Assembly: GCA_044892525.1 (NCBI GenBank)
Contig: CM097887.1
Coordinates: 73,098,001-73,162,000, forward strand
Direction: 5' to 3'
From: Schmidtea polychroa
Lineage: Eukaryota
Length of the DNA: 64,000 bases
Positions 1-12,350 of the stretch are shown in pieces. Under the pieces are notes generated by a model. That model had not been told where the DNA came from. It made no database searches and was given only the letters and a program-made list of their open reading frames with translations. Position numbers and translations under genes: made by a program. Each line of letters opens with the position of its first letter. Position 1 is the stretch's first letter.

Positions 1-3000
1 TATAAATTTATTAGGCCAAATTTGGACATAAAATATAATTTTTTAAGTTTATATTTTTTATTTTTTCGGTTTCTGTTTGTTTTCCTTTATTTTGTTTTCT
101 AATTTATTTTTAATTTTATTTATTTTTCATCGCTTCTCAGTTATTTGTTTTAACGTAATTGGAATTCTTCATTGTTTTTCTTTCTAGTGGTTCCTTCGGT
201 CTGATCGAACAATTTATTCATTTTGGTCAGTTTTCATTTTAATAAGAATACCTTAAGTTTAGTCGATTATGGATAACTATTACAGTACTCTATATTATAC
301 CAAAAATTTATTTATTATTATGTCCAAATTATTTTAACGGAATTAGATTTCTAGAATTATATTTTAAATAATGTTAATCTTTCTACCTTTACGTTGAGGG
401 TTTACTGTAGTCTTAAAAATGACGGACGTTTTCGCTATATTTTAATAAAATAGTTCTTACTAATTAAATTCCGTGCGACTAATTTAAAAGTGCAGTTTTT
501 TAGTTAACATGTCGACAATTTGCCTGATAGAGTTGGGTTTTAATGTAAATGTGAGATTTTTACGTTTATTATTTCGATCATTGATCGTGATAATGTCGAT
601 ATTGTCAGTTTGATTAGGACGTTTCGATGTTTGCTATAATTGAGTGAAATCTCTCCGAGTTTACCATAGTACAGGCTAATTTAATTCAACAGAATGTTGC
701 CTGTAGCTGAAAAGGAAGATGTGCGAATCTCTGTTAGTTTATTTTCGCTTTTTATCAATTCTTTCTATACGAATATCGTGACATTGCCTCCTTCAGATCC
801 TACTCATTATTGGTATCATTACTTAAGAATCACCGAGGCAGGCTTTTACTTAAGTATCGACCGTCTGTGCGTAATTTAAATTACTTTCCTTCTTCATTGC
901 ATAGGACTTGCCACACTCGTGAATGGGCCATTGCAGGGTGACCTTCGGGTTGACTCGTTGGTCGCACCAGTTTTCACTTCCCGACGGGTTACCAATCTCG
1001 CTGTTCGAGCCTCAGGTGAACAAAGCCATTCTGTTTACTCCACCCGGATTCCATACAGGGAAATTTTTTGGATCATTCTCATATACAGCCTGTTAAGCCA
1101 GAGTGTAACACTGTGACATGGCTCGAATAGTCCGCTGATCTCCGCTCGACCGGCCTACGGATGACCTAATTTCGATCGCAGTAGAATCTTTGCTGTCAGA
1201 GCACCTTATATACTTTTTGTTCTACCAATCAGGTGAGAGTATGATTTCTGTTCTCATTGGCTGATGGTCGGAATTTAATAACTTATTTTAAACAAAAAAA
1301 TCCTTTATTTCTTTGATTAATTTATTAAAAAAGCTTGACTAGGAATCAGTAAATATCTCGATGTTTTTGATATATTTACTGATTCATTGTCAAGCTTTTT
1401 AATAAATACAATAGAAAAGAAATCAGTGGTGAAATTTGAAAAAAAGTTCTTATAATATTTATTTTTTTTATGCTTTTTCTAAAGATCTAATTTTTTGTTT
1501 TATAATTTTCTTTTTCGTTAAAATGTTTCGATCTGCAACTTTTTTAAGCGTTTTATTTCTTGTTTATTTGGCGTTTTCCTGGCTTTGCTGCTATTTGGCT
1601 TTCTCTGACAGAGTTTTCTTAATTAATTATTAAATTATTTATTATTTAACGGCCTTATGGCTCAAAAGTTTTACAAGTGTGTTTTGTGTGTAGGTCATAA
1701 GTTAACAAATGAACATGTAAATAATAAATTTCACTCCTTGATCCGCTGGACAAAATGGTAAAATTTCTTATGTAATTAGTTGTTTGTTGATTGATATTAA
1801 TAATTATTTATATAGTACCTACATTTTTAAATTTTAGGAGAAAGAAAAAAAAATATTACTAAAAACAATTTAGTCGAGTTGTGTGCGGTTTAATAATGAT
1901 AAAATTGCAATTATTGTGATACTCTGATAATATAAAATAATTTACTGTTGCCAGACGTCCCAGTTCGGCGTCGTAAAAATCTTGCAACCATAATTATTTG
2001 TGAAATAAACGATGTCTCATAATTATCTTTGAGGTATTGATTCCTTCGACTTACTCAGAAATTTTTTGAAAGTGCTGTGTATTGATGCAAAGGAAAAATG
2101 AACAAACGCACACTTTAAATATGCAAGATTAGAATTTATTTTACTTAATTTGTCTATTTGTAACAAAACTAGATTTCACTTGAATATTTCTAAGCGGAAA
2201 ATAGTTTTAAAAAAATTAAAATATTTACATCGATGGGACTAAATCCTGATCCAACTCCTCTCGTTGAGCAATCAGTGAAATGGAATTCATATTTCAACAA
2301 AATCTTTATTTTCAAATTGTACAAACTTTTTCCCTTTATCGCCCGCCCTATGTTAAAATATAATTTGTTTTATCACTCCTTGCTAAATCGTTATTGTTTG
2401 CCTCATTTGATTAATTTGCTAAATTAAACTTCTTTGTACTTCGATTTAATTATACTAAGTTTATAAATTTTGCTTAGATCACCTGGCGTTTTCTGTTCTT
2501 TGCTAGCTATTTTATAGTATTTCGTTTATCATCAACCTTTGTCTCATCCGGCGGAAGAATTCACTACCGATTCTCCTAATTCCCGATATCCCATTTATCG
2601 AACAATTAACTTGGTATAATGAATAATTTATTGCCTTCTCTTAATTCCGGGAAACCCATTGATCTGACAATCAGTTGGGTATTCTTTGATTAATGACTTT
2701 GCGTTGAAGCTTAATTAATTAATTTATTTTTGGGCCCCTGGCCCCTCTTATCAATTTGAAATTATTTTATTTGTCTTCAGAATTTCATTTGCTCCCCGTT
2801 ACCACTACCCATCCCCTTCCGAAAAATATTGATTTAAAATTGTTAGCATATGAAATGTCATAATCAATACTTAGAGATGGAGAATATTTGCCTAAAATTT
2901 ACTGGCGTCGATTTGTTGTGTACTATTTACAAATGTGTTTAATTGTATTATTTATGTTACAATTTTATTATACTTTGTATCTAGTTGATAAAGATATTCA

Positions 3001-3015
3001 ATAGTTAACTTTTAG

Positions 3016-3236
3016 GTAATTGTTAGTTCTGATGGTGCGTGTGGTGTAAATTATGAACACACACCGGCAGAAGCACCTCCAGTAATAACGATAATAGATT
3101 ATGCATATAAGAATATGAGTTCTGATGATTTGGAAAATTCTTTAAAAATTGATTCTTGCCCCGTTATAGAAATTGAATTTGAACTTGATGAAAAATCTAC
3201 AGAAGAAATAGATGCATCTAAAAACAACATTAACAG
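3016..3236 (+). CDS. CRAT: Carnitine O-acetyltransferase-like, internal exon with the catalytic His; upstream exons not found in the window
   Basis: AG at 3014-15, GT at 3237-38. Translates VIVSSDGACGVNYEHTPAEAPPVITIIDY...EEIDASKNNIN, matching the carnitine acyltransferase YEH..AE.PP motif. Its phase-2 end joins the exon at 11596 in frame (NINS-LVRDLEL). Confidence 0.88.
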
Positions 3237-3952
3237 GTACAAAGAAACTTGTTAAATAAGTTAAATGCTAATTGTTCAGTCTAACCCTTTGTTGACTAGA
3301 AAAATTAAAGTATAATGATTTCAATGATAATTGGTACTTACCTGTTCCATCATTTTGATAACAATATATATCTTATATGTGATACCTAGAAGTATCAATA
3401 GTCAACTAAGGGTTCAAAAAATATAAACTTTTCTAAAATTTGTGTCGGGACATATTAAAAATCCTATTTTCTAAACAATAATTTTGAAATATTTAATAGG
3501 TTTTCAAAATCAAGTTTAAATAAACTCAGATGTCAAAAACTTATTAATTAAAAAAAAATCTAATAAAAATGGATATTTTCAGTCGATCTGATATTGCTAC
3601 AAGTAATTTTTGCATTCAATTTTTCCAACCAGTAGATAAGATAGAAATGAAAATTGTTTCGAACTTATAAGGTTTTCCTGCAATCTATATTTATATAGAA
3701 TGTGTTTTTATATAATAATGCTCTAAAGCAAAAGTTTCCAACTGGTGCTTCACTAGAATGTTAGAAGTGCTTCGCCAAATATGAAGTATTGACTATTTTT
3801 AATGAAGTTTTCTTATTTTATGTATTTTGTTGTAAACGAGTTAAATTAGAATTATTATTTTTAGTGCCATTAAATTTTCATTTAATATTGTGTAATTTTA
3901 TTAAATAAAAGAAAATCATTTGTTAAATATATTTCGACAATTCGGCTGCTAT

Positions 3953-4083
3953 NNNNNNNNNNNNNNNNNNNNNNNNNNNNNNNNNNNNNNNNNNNNNNNN
4001 NNNNNNNNNNNNNNNNNNNNNNNNNNNNNNNNNNNNNNNNNNNNNNNNNNNNNNNNNNNNNNNNNNNNNNNNNNNNNNNNNNN
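3953..4083. other. Assembly gap (N run); further gaps at 6518-6684, 46616-46763 and 52564-52719
   Basis: Runs of N in the sequence. Confidence 1.
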
Positions 4084-5759
4084 GAACCGATTTCTAGACC
4101 CAAACTTCTAATTGTGACTGAAATGCGTAGGTACACAACATGTAAAAAGCAAAAAGTATAGTTAAATATTAAAAACTACACCAAATAACCAATAGTAATT
4201 AAAGGAAAAAAAACAACAAAACCTAAAACACAGAAATTAAATAAAATTATACAAAAACAAGAAGATATGCAAAATCTAACTCAAAATAGCCAAATAAACA
4301 CAGAGTTACAAAAAACAAACTCGAATAACTTAAAAGACGGTAAAAATAGCAAAAAATTCCCGAAAAACCCAGAACATTCCATAAAAATGGCGATGACCAT
4401 CATAAAAGCTACCTTAAACAATAAAATGTAGAAAATAAATAAATTAGTATTAAAAATAAAATTTCTTAAAAAGAAATTCGTAGAATATCAGTTAAAAATA
4501 AAAATTGAATTAAAAGTAATATGGAATGTTCTGGAACCGTTCCAAATTCATCATGGAGGAAAAAGTAGCAAAAAATATTTAGGAAATAAAATTTTAAAAA
4601 TAAAAATAAAAATTATGACGCAAAAATCGCCATTAAAAATATCAAAATTACAAAATAGAAAGTTCTGGAATAAAAAGAATTCGAGTTTGTTTTAATGCAT
4701 CAATACATACACGTATACAAAATAGGTATATATACCGACGCATTTTCGTCACAATTCAGATATTCTTGTATGCCAAAAAATTTTTTTACCGAAATTTTGG
4801 ACCACACTGAAAGTAAGGACTGTTGATTGATTTCATTTTTTATTTGTATTGCATTATTATCATGTTTATTATATTTTTTATCTTGTTGATTTTTTTTTCT
4901 ATTACTGAACAAGAGTGACCAGCGTCGTCGTAAACGGATGGCATCCACGACGCTGATCAGCCTTGCTCCCACTAATTATTTCACATGCACTATGCGGGTC
5001 TACGACCTCACATGCACCAAATTTCAATTTTTTAACCGGAAGGTCGCCACGAACAAATGGTTTCTAACCAGGAGTAGGGCGGTAAATCCATCCAGGTAGT
5101 TGGCATAGTCGCAGGGACTATGCGGACGAAATAAAATGCGGGCAAGTAATCGCGGGAAACATATTACAATAAGGCCTATCGTACCGTATTCAGTTGAATC
5201 GGGAAAGTAGGAAAATTTTAATTAATTCGACCTTCCGGTAAACGACACATCTAAATTACACACTCAAATATTCTATAGGAAATACATCATTAGGAACAGC
5301 TAAACGGGAAAGATCCCAGACTCAATTTATCACAAAAGTTATCAAGTAGTCGGCTAATTGCACAAACTATTATTCAATATGCTCAATATTAACTATTGTT
5401 ATTAGATTTTATTGATATTATTCATAATTATGTTCGATTTTAAAGATAATCACGTTCAATGATGTATTAATTACAAGTCTTTATGCTTACCTTACGGGTA
5501 TTGAAATCCTTAAGAATTCTATTTGCCTTAATAGTACTATCACCTCCAGGATTATTATCATTATCCTCAACACCCTTTTCTCGTTGTCTTCATAGAGAGT
5601 GCGCCCTTACCATCAGTATGTAATTGCATATAGCGGTATATTAAACTTAAAGAAAAGGTAATCTTTCTTGCCAATGTCACAAAGTCGTCAAACCACCAGT
5701 TCATGGTTATAACCCCACTGGAATATGTATAACTTACCTAGTTTCATAAATGGTTCTTT

Positions 5760-6300
5760 GAACTATATATTTATTCATCAATATCCTAACTTATTCTGAT
5801 GTATATATTTAACTTATGAAATATTAAAATGACAGTTTATAAATTTTCATATAGAAAGATCCTAACTTATTTGGGTATATATATTTAACTTATAAAATAT
5901 AAAAATGATAGTTTATAAATTTTCCTAGATGATCCTCTGAACTATATATCTATCGTCCAATACCTAGATATCCTAATTTATTTTGATATATATTCAACTT
6001 AAAAAATGTTAAAATGATAATTTATAAATCTACATAATTAGCCCCTAAATTATATATTTACCTAATTGTCCTAGGTTCACTTAATTTTATATATATTTAG
6101 CTTATATAATATGGAGTCACTAATTTATAAATATTCATAAACATCCCCCCCCTGAATCCTACCTTCATTATCTATTATACTAATATCTGAAAGTAACCTA
6201 TTCAATATATACTTAGTCTTTAAAATGGTAAACTAATAATTTCATGAACACCCCCCTGGATTATACATCTATTACCCACTGCATAAAACTTACACTTTTT
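5760..6300. repeat. Degenerate AT-rich tandem repeat
   Basis: Recurring actatatatttat / cctaacttatt / atatatttaacttataaaat / gtttataaattt motifs, several diverged copies. Confidence 0.55.
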
Positions 6301-6329
6301 ATCAGGATTAACCTTATCGTTATCGCCAT

Positions 6330-6517
6330 TATTAACATTGCTGTTGTATTGTCTTTGGTGTTACGATTATGATTATTATTATTATTATTATTAGTATTAT
6401 CATTATTATTATTGGTAAAGTATCACTATTATTACTATCTCTATTACTATAATCATTATTATTAAAAATTATCATTGTTATTATCATTACGATTATCATT
6501 ACCATCATTATTATCAT
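6330..6517. repeat. (ATT/ATC)n low-complexity tract running into a gap
   Basis: Repeated attatt/atcatt triplets; source of spurious Ile/Asn-rich ORFs. Confidence 0.85.
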
Positions 6518-7753
6518 NNNNNNNNNNNNNNNNNNNNNNNNNNNNNNNNNNNNNNNNNNNNNNNNNNNNNNNNNNNNNNNNNNNNNNNNNNNNNNNNNNN
6601 NNNNNNNNNNNNNNNNNNNNNNNNNNNNNNNNNNNNNNNNNNNNNNNNNNNNNNNNNNNNNNNNNNNNNNNNNNNNNNNNNNNNTATGGCATGTTACTAT
6701 TAATAGGAAAATTCGAAACCGACAATATCGATTTTTTTTTTACAAAGTTAGACCAATAATACCGCTTCTATTATTAGTAACAACCCTACAAACCAAGGGT
6801 TAACCCCTACGAACTACTCCTAACTAACCGAATGGGTGATACATACTCTCTCAAGAACGGACCAATCAACGTCAACTAAAGTGGTGATAACTCCAATCTG
6901 TATATGAAAACCAGGACACTGGCAGACTTGACCCTGTTACCCAGAAGCAGATCTCATGTATGCCAAGGGACCGGGTCCCCGAGAGCAACGACCTGAATTA
7001 GAATACCTGCCCAGTAGGATCGAAAGTTAGGAATAATAATAATTCATGATTGCTAATTATGCATATTTCCCGGAAGAGTTAACCAAATTACTTGATAAAT
7101 TACTTTACGATACATAAAAATTACTTAAATAAGATGCAGCAAAAGTGAAAATATATTTAATGAAATCAACAATATTTGCTTACGAAACCATTCTAGCAAG
7201 TAAAAGAGTCTCACCAGTAATACCAAGGAATGAGTAGAAGAGGGCTACTCGGAAACCCTCGGGGTCCAATTGTTGTTTTAAATTCCCATGGCATATAGAT
7301 CGGGGAAAGAAAAATTTCCGAAACAAATATAAATTTCCAAAATTCCCACTTAAATGCCCCACGAATTGAGTATATAGGCATATCTGGGATTAATACCAAG
7401 CGACAATAACCCCAACACGTTAACTGCCTGAAATGCCATGTCCAAAATGGAGGGCTTGAAAACCCATTTCTAAAACTAGACAAATTTAAAAAATGAAAGG
7501 TTGACTTACCCGTCGAATATCAGCTGATGAATGAGCCACTTACAACCACTATGGTCAGGGATTCACAAAGAGCTGAATGTAAATTCAGTCAATTTGCAAT
7601 ATCCGTTTTCCATAGTGGGTCAGAGCAGCATAAATTCCACTGACCATATTGGTTCCAAGTTTTTCTTTTTAATTTACTGCCTATATGGTAAATTAACAAA
7701 TTAAAATTTTAATTAACTTAAACAACGGATTCTGAAATGAGTAATGTTAGCTT

Positions 7754-8000
7754 TAATTTATAAAACGTAAATTACCCATTTTTATGGTATTAATTACTAA
7801 ATCAGTAAGGGTGACTTTAAATTTATTCCATTAAAATCGAACTTTAAATTTAATTTATAAAATGTAAATTACCCATTTTTAGGGTATTACTTACTAAAGC
7901 AGTAAGGGTGACTTTAAATTTATTTCATTAAAATTGAACTTTAAATATAATTTATAAAATGTAATTTATCCATTTTTATCGTATTAATTATCAAATCCGT
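7754..8000. repeat. 97-bp tandem repeat, about 2.5 copies
   Basis: taatttataaaa starts at 7754, 7851 and 7948. Confidence 0.85.
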
Positions 8001-8145
8001 AAGACTATTGTCGAGTGGGTGAACCGTTGGGTGAAATGTATATTATGCTAAAATGTGAGTGGTGAAAGTGTATAAGACTATTGTCGAGTGGGTGAACCGT
8101 TGGGTGAAATGTATATTATGCTAAAATGTGAGTGGTGAAAGTGTA
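8000..8145. repeat. 73-bp perfect tandem duplication (2 copies)
   Basis: taagactattgtcgagtgggtgaaccgttggg...gaaagtgta at 8000 and 8073. Confidence 0.92.
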
Positions 8146-8218
8146 TTCAGACGTTTTTGAATAACCCCGTAGTTAGATGGACAGGGAGTCGTGTTAATGT
8201 CCCTTTATCATTGCAGAT

Positions 8219-8677
8219 ATGCCCAACACCATGATATGGAACGCACCGGCCGGACCCTCATCCTCCGATTCAAGCCGCGGACCACCAAGCGAGGAAACAG
8301 ACGAAGCCGTACGACTACGGGAAGATGCAGAGGTTGCCCGCCTAAGGTCCCGGTGGATATGGTACAAAATCCACGATTGGACCTATCAGAATGTGGTTCC
8401 AGTGACCCCGAAGATCGAACCGTATATTAATTATACGTCACTGGCTCTGAGTGACGCCTTCGACAATGTGAAGGAGGCGGTGGACCGGCTGGACCGGCTC
8501 GAAACCTCAGTCCTGGCCGGCGAGTTGGAAGACATCGACGGCTACGCCCGAGCCCAGTGCCACCCAAAGCGGACCGCAGCTCTTCGCCGGGAGCTGGAGT
8601 ACTTAGGAACTTCTCGACGGGGAGCGGAACCGGCGAGAAGACGTGGGCGTCCGCGGAAAACCGCCCAATTCAACTAA
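8219..8677 (+). CDS. GC-rich ORF (152 aa) of unknown family with a C-terminal AT-hook-like RRRGRPRK; probably belongs to a mobile element
   Basis: Open frame, clearly GC-richer than the flanks; preceded by a ttgcag acceptor (8211-16). No family recognised. Confidence 0.5.
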   Translation: MPNTMIWNAPAGPSSSDSSRGPPSEETDEAVRLREDAEVARLRSRWIWYKIHDWTYQNVVPVTPKIEPYINYTSLALSDAFDNVKEAVDRLDRLETSVLAGELEDIDGYARAQCHPKRTAALRRELEYLGTSRRGAEPARRRGRPRKTAQFN

Positions 8678-9104
8678 GATAATCGCCGGGCCAAATATCC
8701 GCGCCTTGTGATACGACTTCGAGTGGACTCTTACTCACTATAATGATTAGCATGTCTCGACTTCGTTATCATCGCAGTGTAAAGTGTGATTGTCTTACAA
8801 TCCTGCATTTGATTTTTTCTTAACTTATGTGAAAATGTTGATATTTTATGTTTTGTTTATTAATATTAAGTTAATTGTTCGAATTTCCTTATTGTATACG
8901 TATATACTGGTATTCCTTTAGATGTTGACTATTATCACCAACCTCATAACATCTTAGTGAAACTCATAAGACCGGAGTTGGGGTTTAGGTGCGCACGGAT
9001 GCGGGCTGCGACGGGGAGATTATAACTTTTGCCACAATGGTGTTAGCGATATAACGTGGATACTTGACGAAAGTGTGAAAAGATACTAATTTTTATTTAT
9101 TTCA

Positions 9105-9566
9105 GTGATAAAACTCCTGGAAGAAATGAGAGCCGACAGAGAGAGGGCGCAACAACAGGTGGAAGAGTATCGGGCCAAGTTAATGCGACTTAAGGCCCAT
9201 TGCCGAAACTTCGAGGGCACCTGGTTCCCGCCCACAGAGATGAAGAAGCGAATGAAACTCATCACCCAGTTGCAACTCCAGAGCGCCCAAGATCAAGTTG
9301 AGTTGCGGGCCCTCCGCCTGAGGGTGAGAGAACTAGAAGTCCAGTCGCACCAACAAAACCTTGATCAAGAGGTCATCTCCAGGATCCGTCCTATGGATGA
9401 GCTGCTCCACCAACGAAAGGAATGCGCAGCGTCGAAGATCCCGAAGGAGAAAATCCGGCCGGGTAAAGCGGCGCGTGCGAAAATCCGCCAAGCCTGTCAG
9501 GCCCAAGCGACGCTCAAGGCTACTTCGTCGGAGTCTGCACCGAAAGAACCGACTATAACCCTATGA
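9105..9566 (+). CDS. GC-rich ORF (about 153 aa), coiled-coil-like with a basic C-terminus, unknown family
   Basis: Open frame after the polypyrimidine/ttcag acceptor ending at 9105. Heptad-like charged segments (EEMRADRERAQQQVEEYRAKL; QVELRALRLRVRELE). Confidence 0.5.
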   Translation: MIKLLEEMRADRERAQQQVEEYRAKLMRLKAHCRNFEGTWFPPTEMKKRMKLITQLQLQSAQDQVELRALRLRVRELEVQSHQQNLDQEVISRIRPMDELLHQRKECAASKIPKEKIRPGKAARAKIRQACQAQATLKATSSESAPKEPTITL

Positions 9567-11595
9567 GTTTTGATTTTGTGTTGTGAATAAATATTATGGG
9601 TGTATTCATATCTGGGTATTTCGAATTTGCCATAATGTTGATTTTCGGAATAGGGACAAAGAAAAACGGACATAGGCCTTCTATCGGCAGTCCGTGAACC
9701 CCAGTGGGTACTAGACAATTATAGTATGCTAAGCATGCTCACTTTTTGCTAGTGCCCAAGCCCTTGATACAGTACCAACGTTGATTGCTCAACGGGTATC
9801 AAGTGGTCAGCTATAAATTGTATTCTGGGTTACGCTGGAAACAGCATGAGGGGGTAAAGATTTTTCAGTACCTGTAACCCACCAGTAGTTAAGTAATTAT
9901 ATGTGCGGAATCCAGCAGTTATTAGTCCTAATAAAATTATTAAACACTCAAAATACACGTGAATAATGTATTTTGTATGTTTAGTTTTTGGTTAAATGAT
10001 TCTATCATCGAAGTCTCACAATTAACGCATCCAATTGGGTGATCCTGATTTTTAAAGAAAACACATAATAAGCATAATGCATTATATGTTTTATCATTTA
10101 GATTAGATCTCAATATATTGAAAAACAGACTACTGAAATCACAGTATTCGTTGATAATTAAACATAAATGATGTGATAATTTTTCAAAGTCTATTTATAT
10201 TTATTTTAACGGTGATTATCTATTTAAAAGCATGTGAAAATCATGAGAAAACCGCATGCTTTTTATGTGCTTTTTCTTAGATATCACTCATTTTAAATAA
10301 AAAATAATTTAGATAGAATACTTCACAAATATTATAAAAATTTAAATAAACAATATTTTTTAAAACAAGTGAATATTTTATTACTATTTTTTAATTCTGA
10401 AATTCGGAGAATAAAATATTTACCAGGAACACGGGATTTGATGCTATACTCACAAGTAATATCTTATCAAGAGTTTTAACTGAGTGTAAACAATAATATT
10501 ATTCAGCATATGCAAGTTGAAAATAAAAATTTCCAATTTTAAAGTGTTATCTAGCGCTTTCCAAAACTATTAGTTAATATGCATACACCTAATTCCGAAA
10601 TTTAGTAACTTCTATATTCTAAAAATAAAATCAATAAATTTATAGTATAGGAACACACAAACTTATCTGTGTGTAGAAATTTATTGTTCCGAAATTTAAT
10701 AACTTTATTATAGGATTTGTGAAGGTGAGAGAAAAACAATTGAACATACCAACACAAAACACATAATGAAAAATGCATGCAAATTTATTATAGCTTTTAT
10801 GGTTCCGAAATAAATAACCATTAACATATTGTTAAAATATAATTATTTTGAAATTATTAAAAAATTATGCAAGAAAATACTTTTAATTTAGAATCCGACA
10901 ACTCTACCTTGAGCTTCAGAGTAAAAGAAGAAAATACATCGTAAAATTCAATTATAAAATAATTTAGAATATAAACTTTCTTTAAATTTACAGATATTTC
11001 TCAGAATACACTGCCTTTTCGCGAAGGTGGAAATCTGACAATGTAAGATTTATTCATTAAATTACAAAACATTAGAATTTACAGAAAGAAATTCACAATT
11101 CTTAAATTTAAATAAATTATTTTAATAAATTAATATTTTCATAGATATACAGAAAATGACAAAATTCGGCCTTTCCTTCTTTCCTAATTGTATTAAAAAA
11201 ATTAATGTCTTCGGTGATTAGTTAAATAATTTATATTCAAAAATATATCTAACTTACATTTTATCGAAATAATTCCAAATAAATTCATAAAATGTCAAAA
11301 TTCCTAAAAAAACACCTGTAATTTAATTATCAATATGTTATATTATAAATGCTGGGTAACAGTAATATTTAAGAACTTGAATAATGATCTCATAATTATA
11401 TAAGACCCATAACAATTGACACATTTTTATCAGTGATAAATAGTTTTTTAAGCAGAGGCTTGGTTCATGAATATTTTCCTTGTATAGCCCAGTCGGTTAC
11501 CCTTATTTTAATATAGTGAAACAATATTAAATTAATTACTTATTCCAATCAGACAAATACCACGTATTATTAATAATAGTATTTTCACTTTTTAG

Positions 11596-12350
11596 TCTAG
11601 TGCGTGACCTAGAACTTCATGCTGTGTCCTTTTTTGATTTCGGAAAGAAAAATATTAAAGCATTAAATACCAGTCCTGATGCATTTATTCAAATGGGAAT
11701 TCAATTAGGTTACTTTAATTTACACAAATGTCCTGGATCTACTTACGAAAGTGGATCTCTAAGGCGTTTTCATTTGGGAAGGACAGATACAATACGTTCG
11801 TGCAGCCCAGAAGCAATAGAATTTTGTAAATCCGTTAATGTAATTAAATATTATATATTTTTGATATATATATATTAAAATTTTTCATTTAGAATTCTAA
11901 TTCTACGTTGGAAGAACAAAAAGAATGTCTGTTATTAGCTATTGGAAATCATGTAAATTACACAAAAGAAGTTTTAAAGGGTCAAGGCATCGATAGACAT
12001 TTACTTGGACTTAAATTAATTGCCGTAGATTTTCGTAGAAATATACCAGATTTATTCATGGATACAAGTTTCAGCAAAGCATTCCATCATGTTTTATCAA
12101 CAAGTCAAGTAATATCTTATTTGTTGGTTAACAGTGAATAATTTTATATCAGGGTCCCAGTTCTGTTGATCTTACTATGTGCTTTGGACCTTTAGTACCT
12201 GACGGATACGGATTCTGTTACAATCCGCGACATGATAAAATTAATTTCTGTATTTCAGCTATCAATTCTAGTCCTTCAACAAATGCATTATCGTTATCAA
12301 AACATATTACGGATGCTTGGAGAAAAATATTTGATATTCTTCAGAGATAA
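11596..12350 (+). CDS. CRAT: Carnitine O-acetyltransferase-like, last three exons (11596-11839, 11893-12108, 12153-12350)
   Basis: Motifs SPDAFIQMGIQLGY, TYESGSLRRFHLGRTDTIRS, GQGIDRHLLGLK, STSQ, FGPLVPDGYGFCYNP. GT-AG introns of 53 and 44 bp; TAA at 12348-50. Confidence 0.93.

Noticed and set aside
7521-7540. Other CTGATGA occurrences (also near 3122, 16249 and 38074) as hammerheads
   Set aside because: No stem II-GAAA-stem III-UH architecture follows.
7180-7680. Alternative genetic code to rescue stops in the minus-strand exons
   Set aside because: Host genes in the window end with standard TAA/TAG/TGA; the stops are better explained by non-coding or decayed sequence.
8000-8145. Direct repeats considered as a CRISPR-like array
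   Set aside because: Two abutting copies with no spacers, in a eukaryotic context without cas genes.
10890-11220. Exon-like segments with GT/AG sites inside the CRAT intron
   Set aside because: Spliced product is short, has no recognisable similarity, and does not fit the CRAT sequence.
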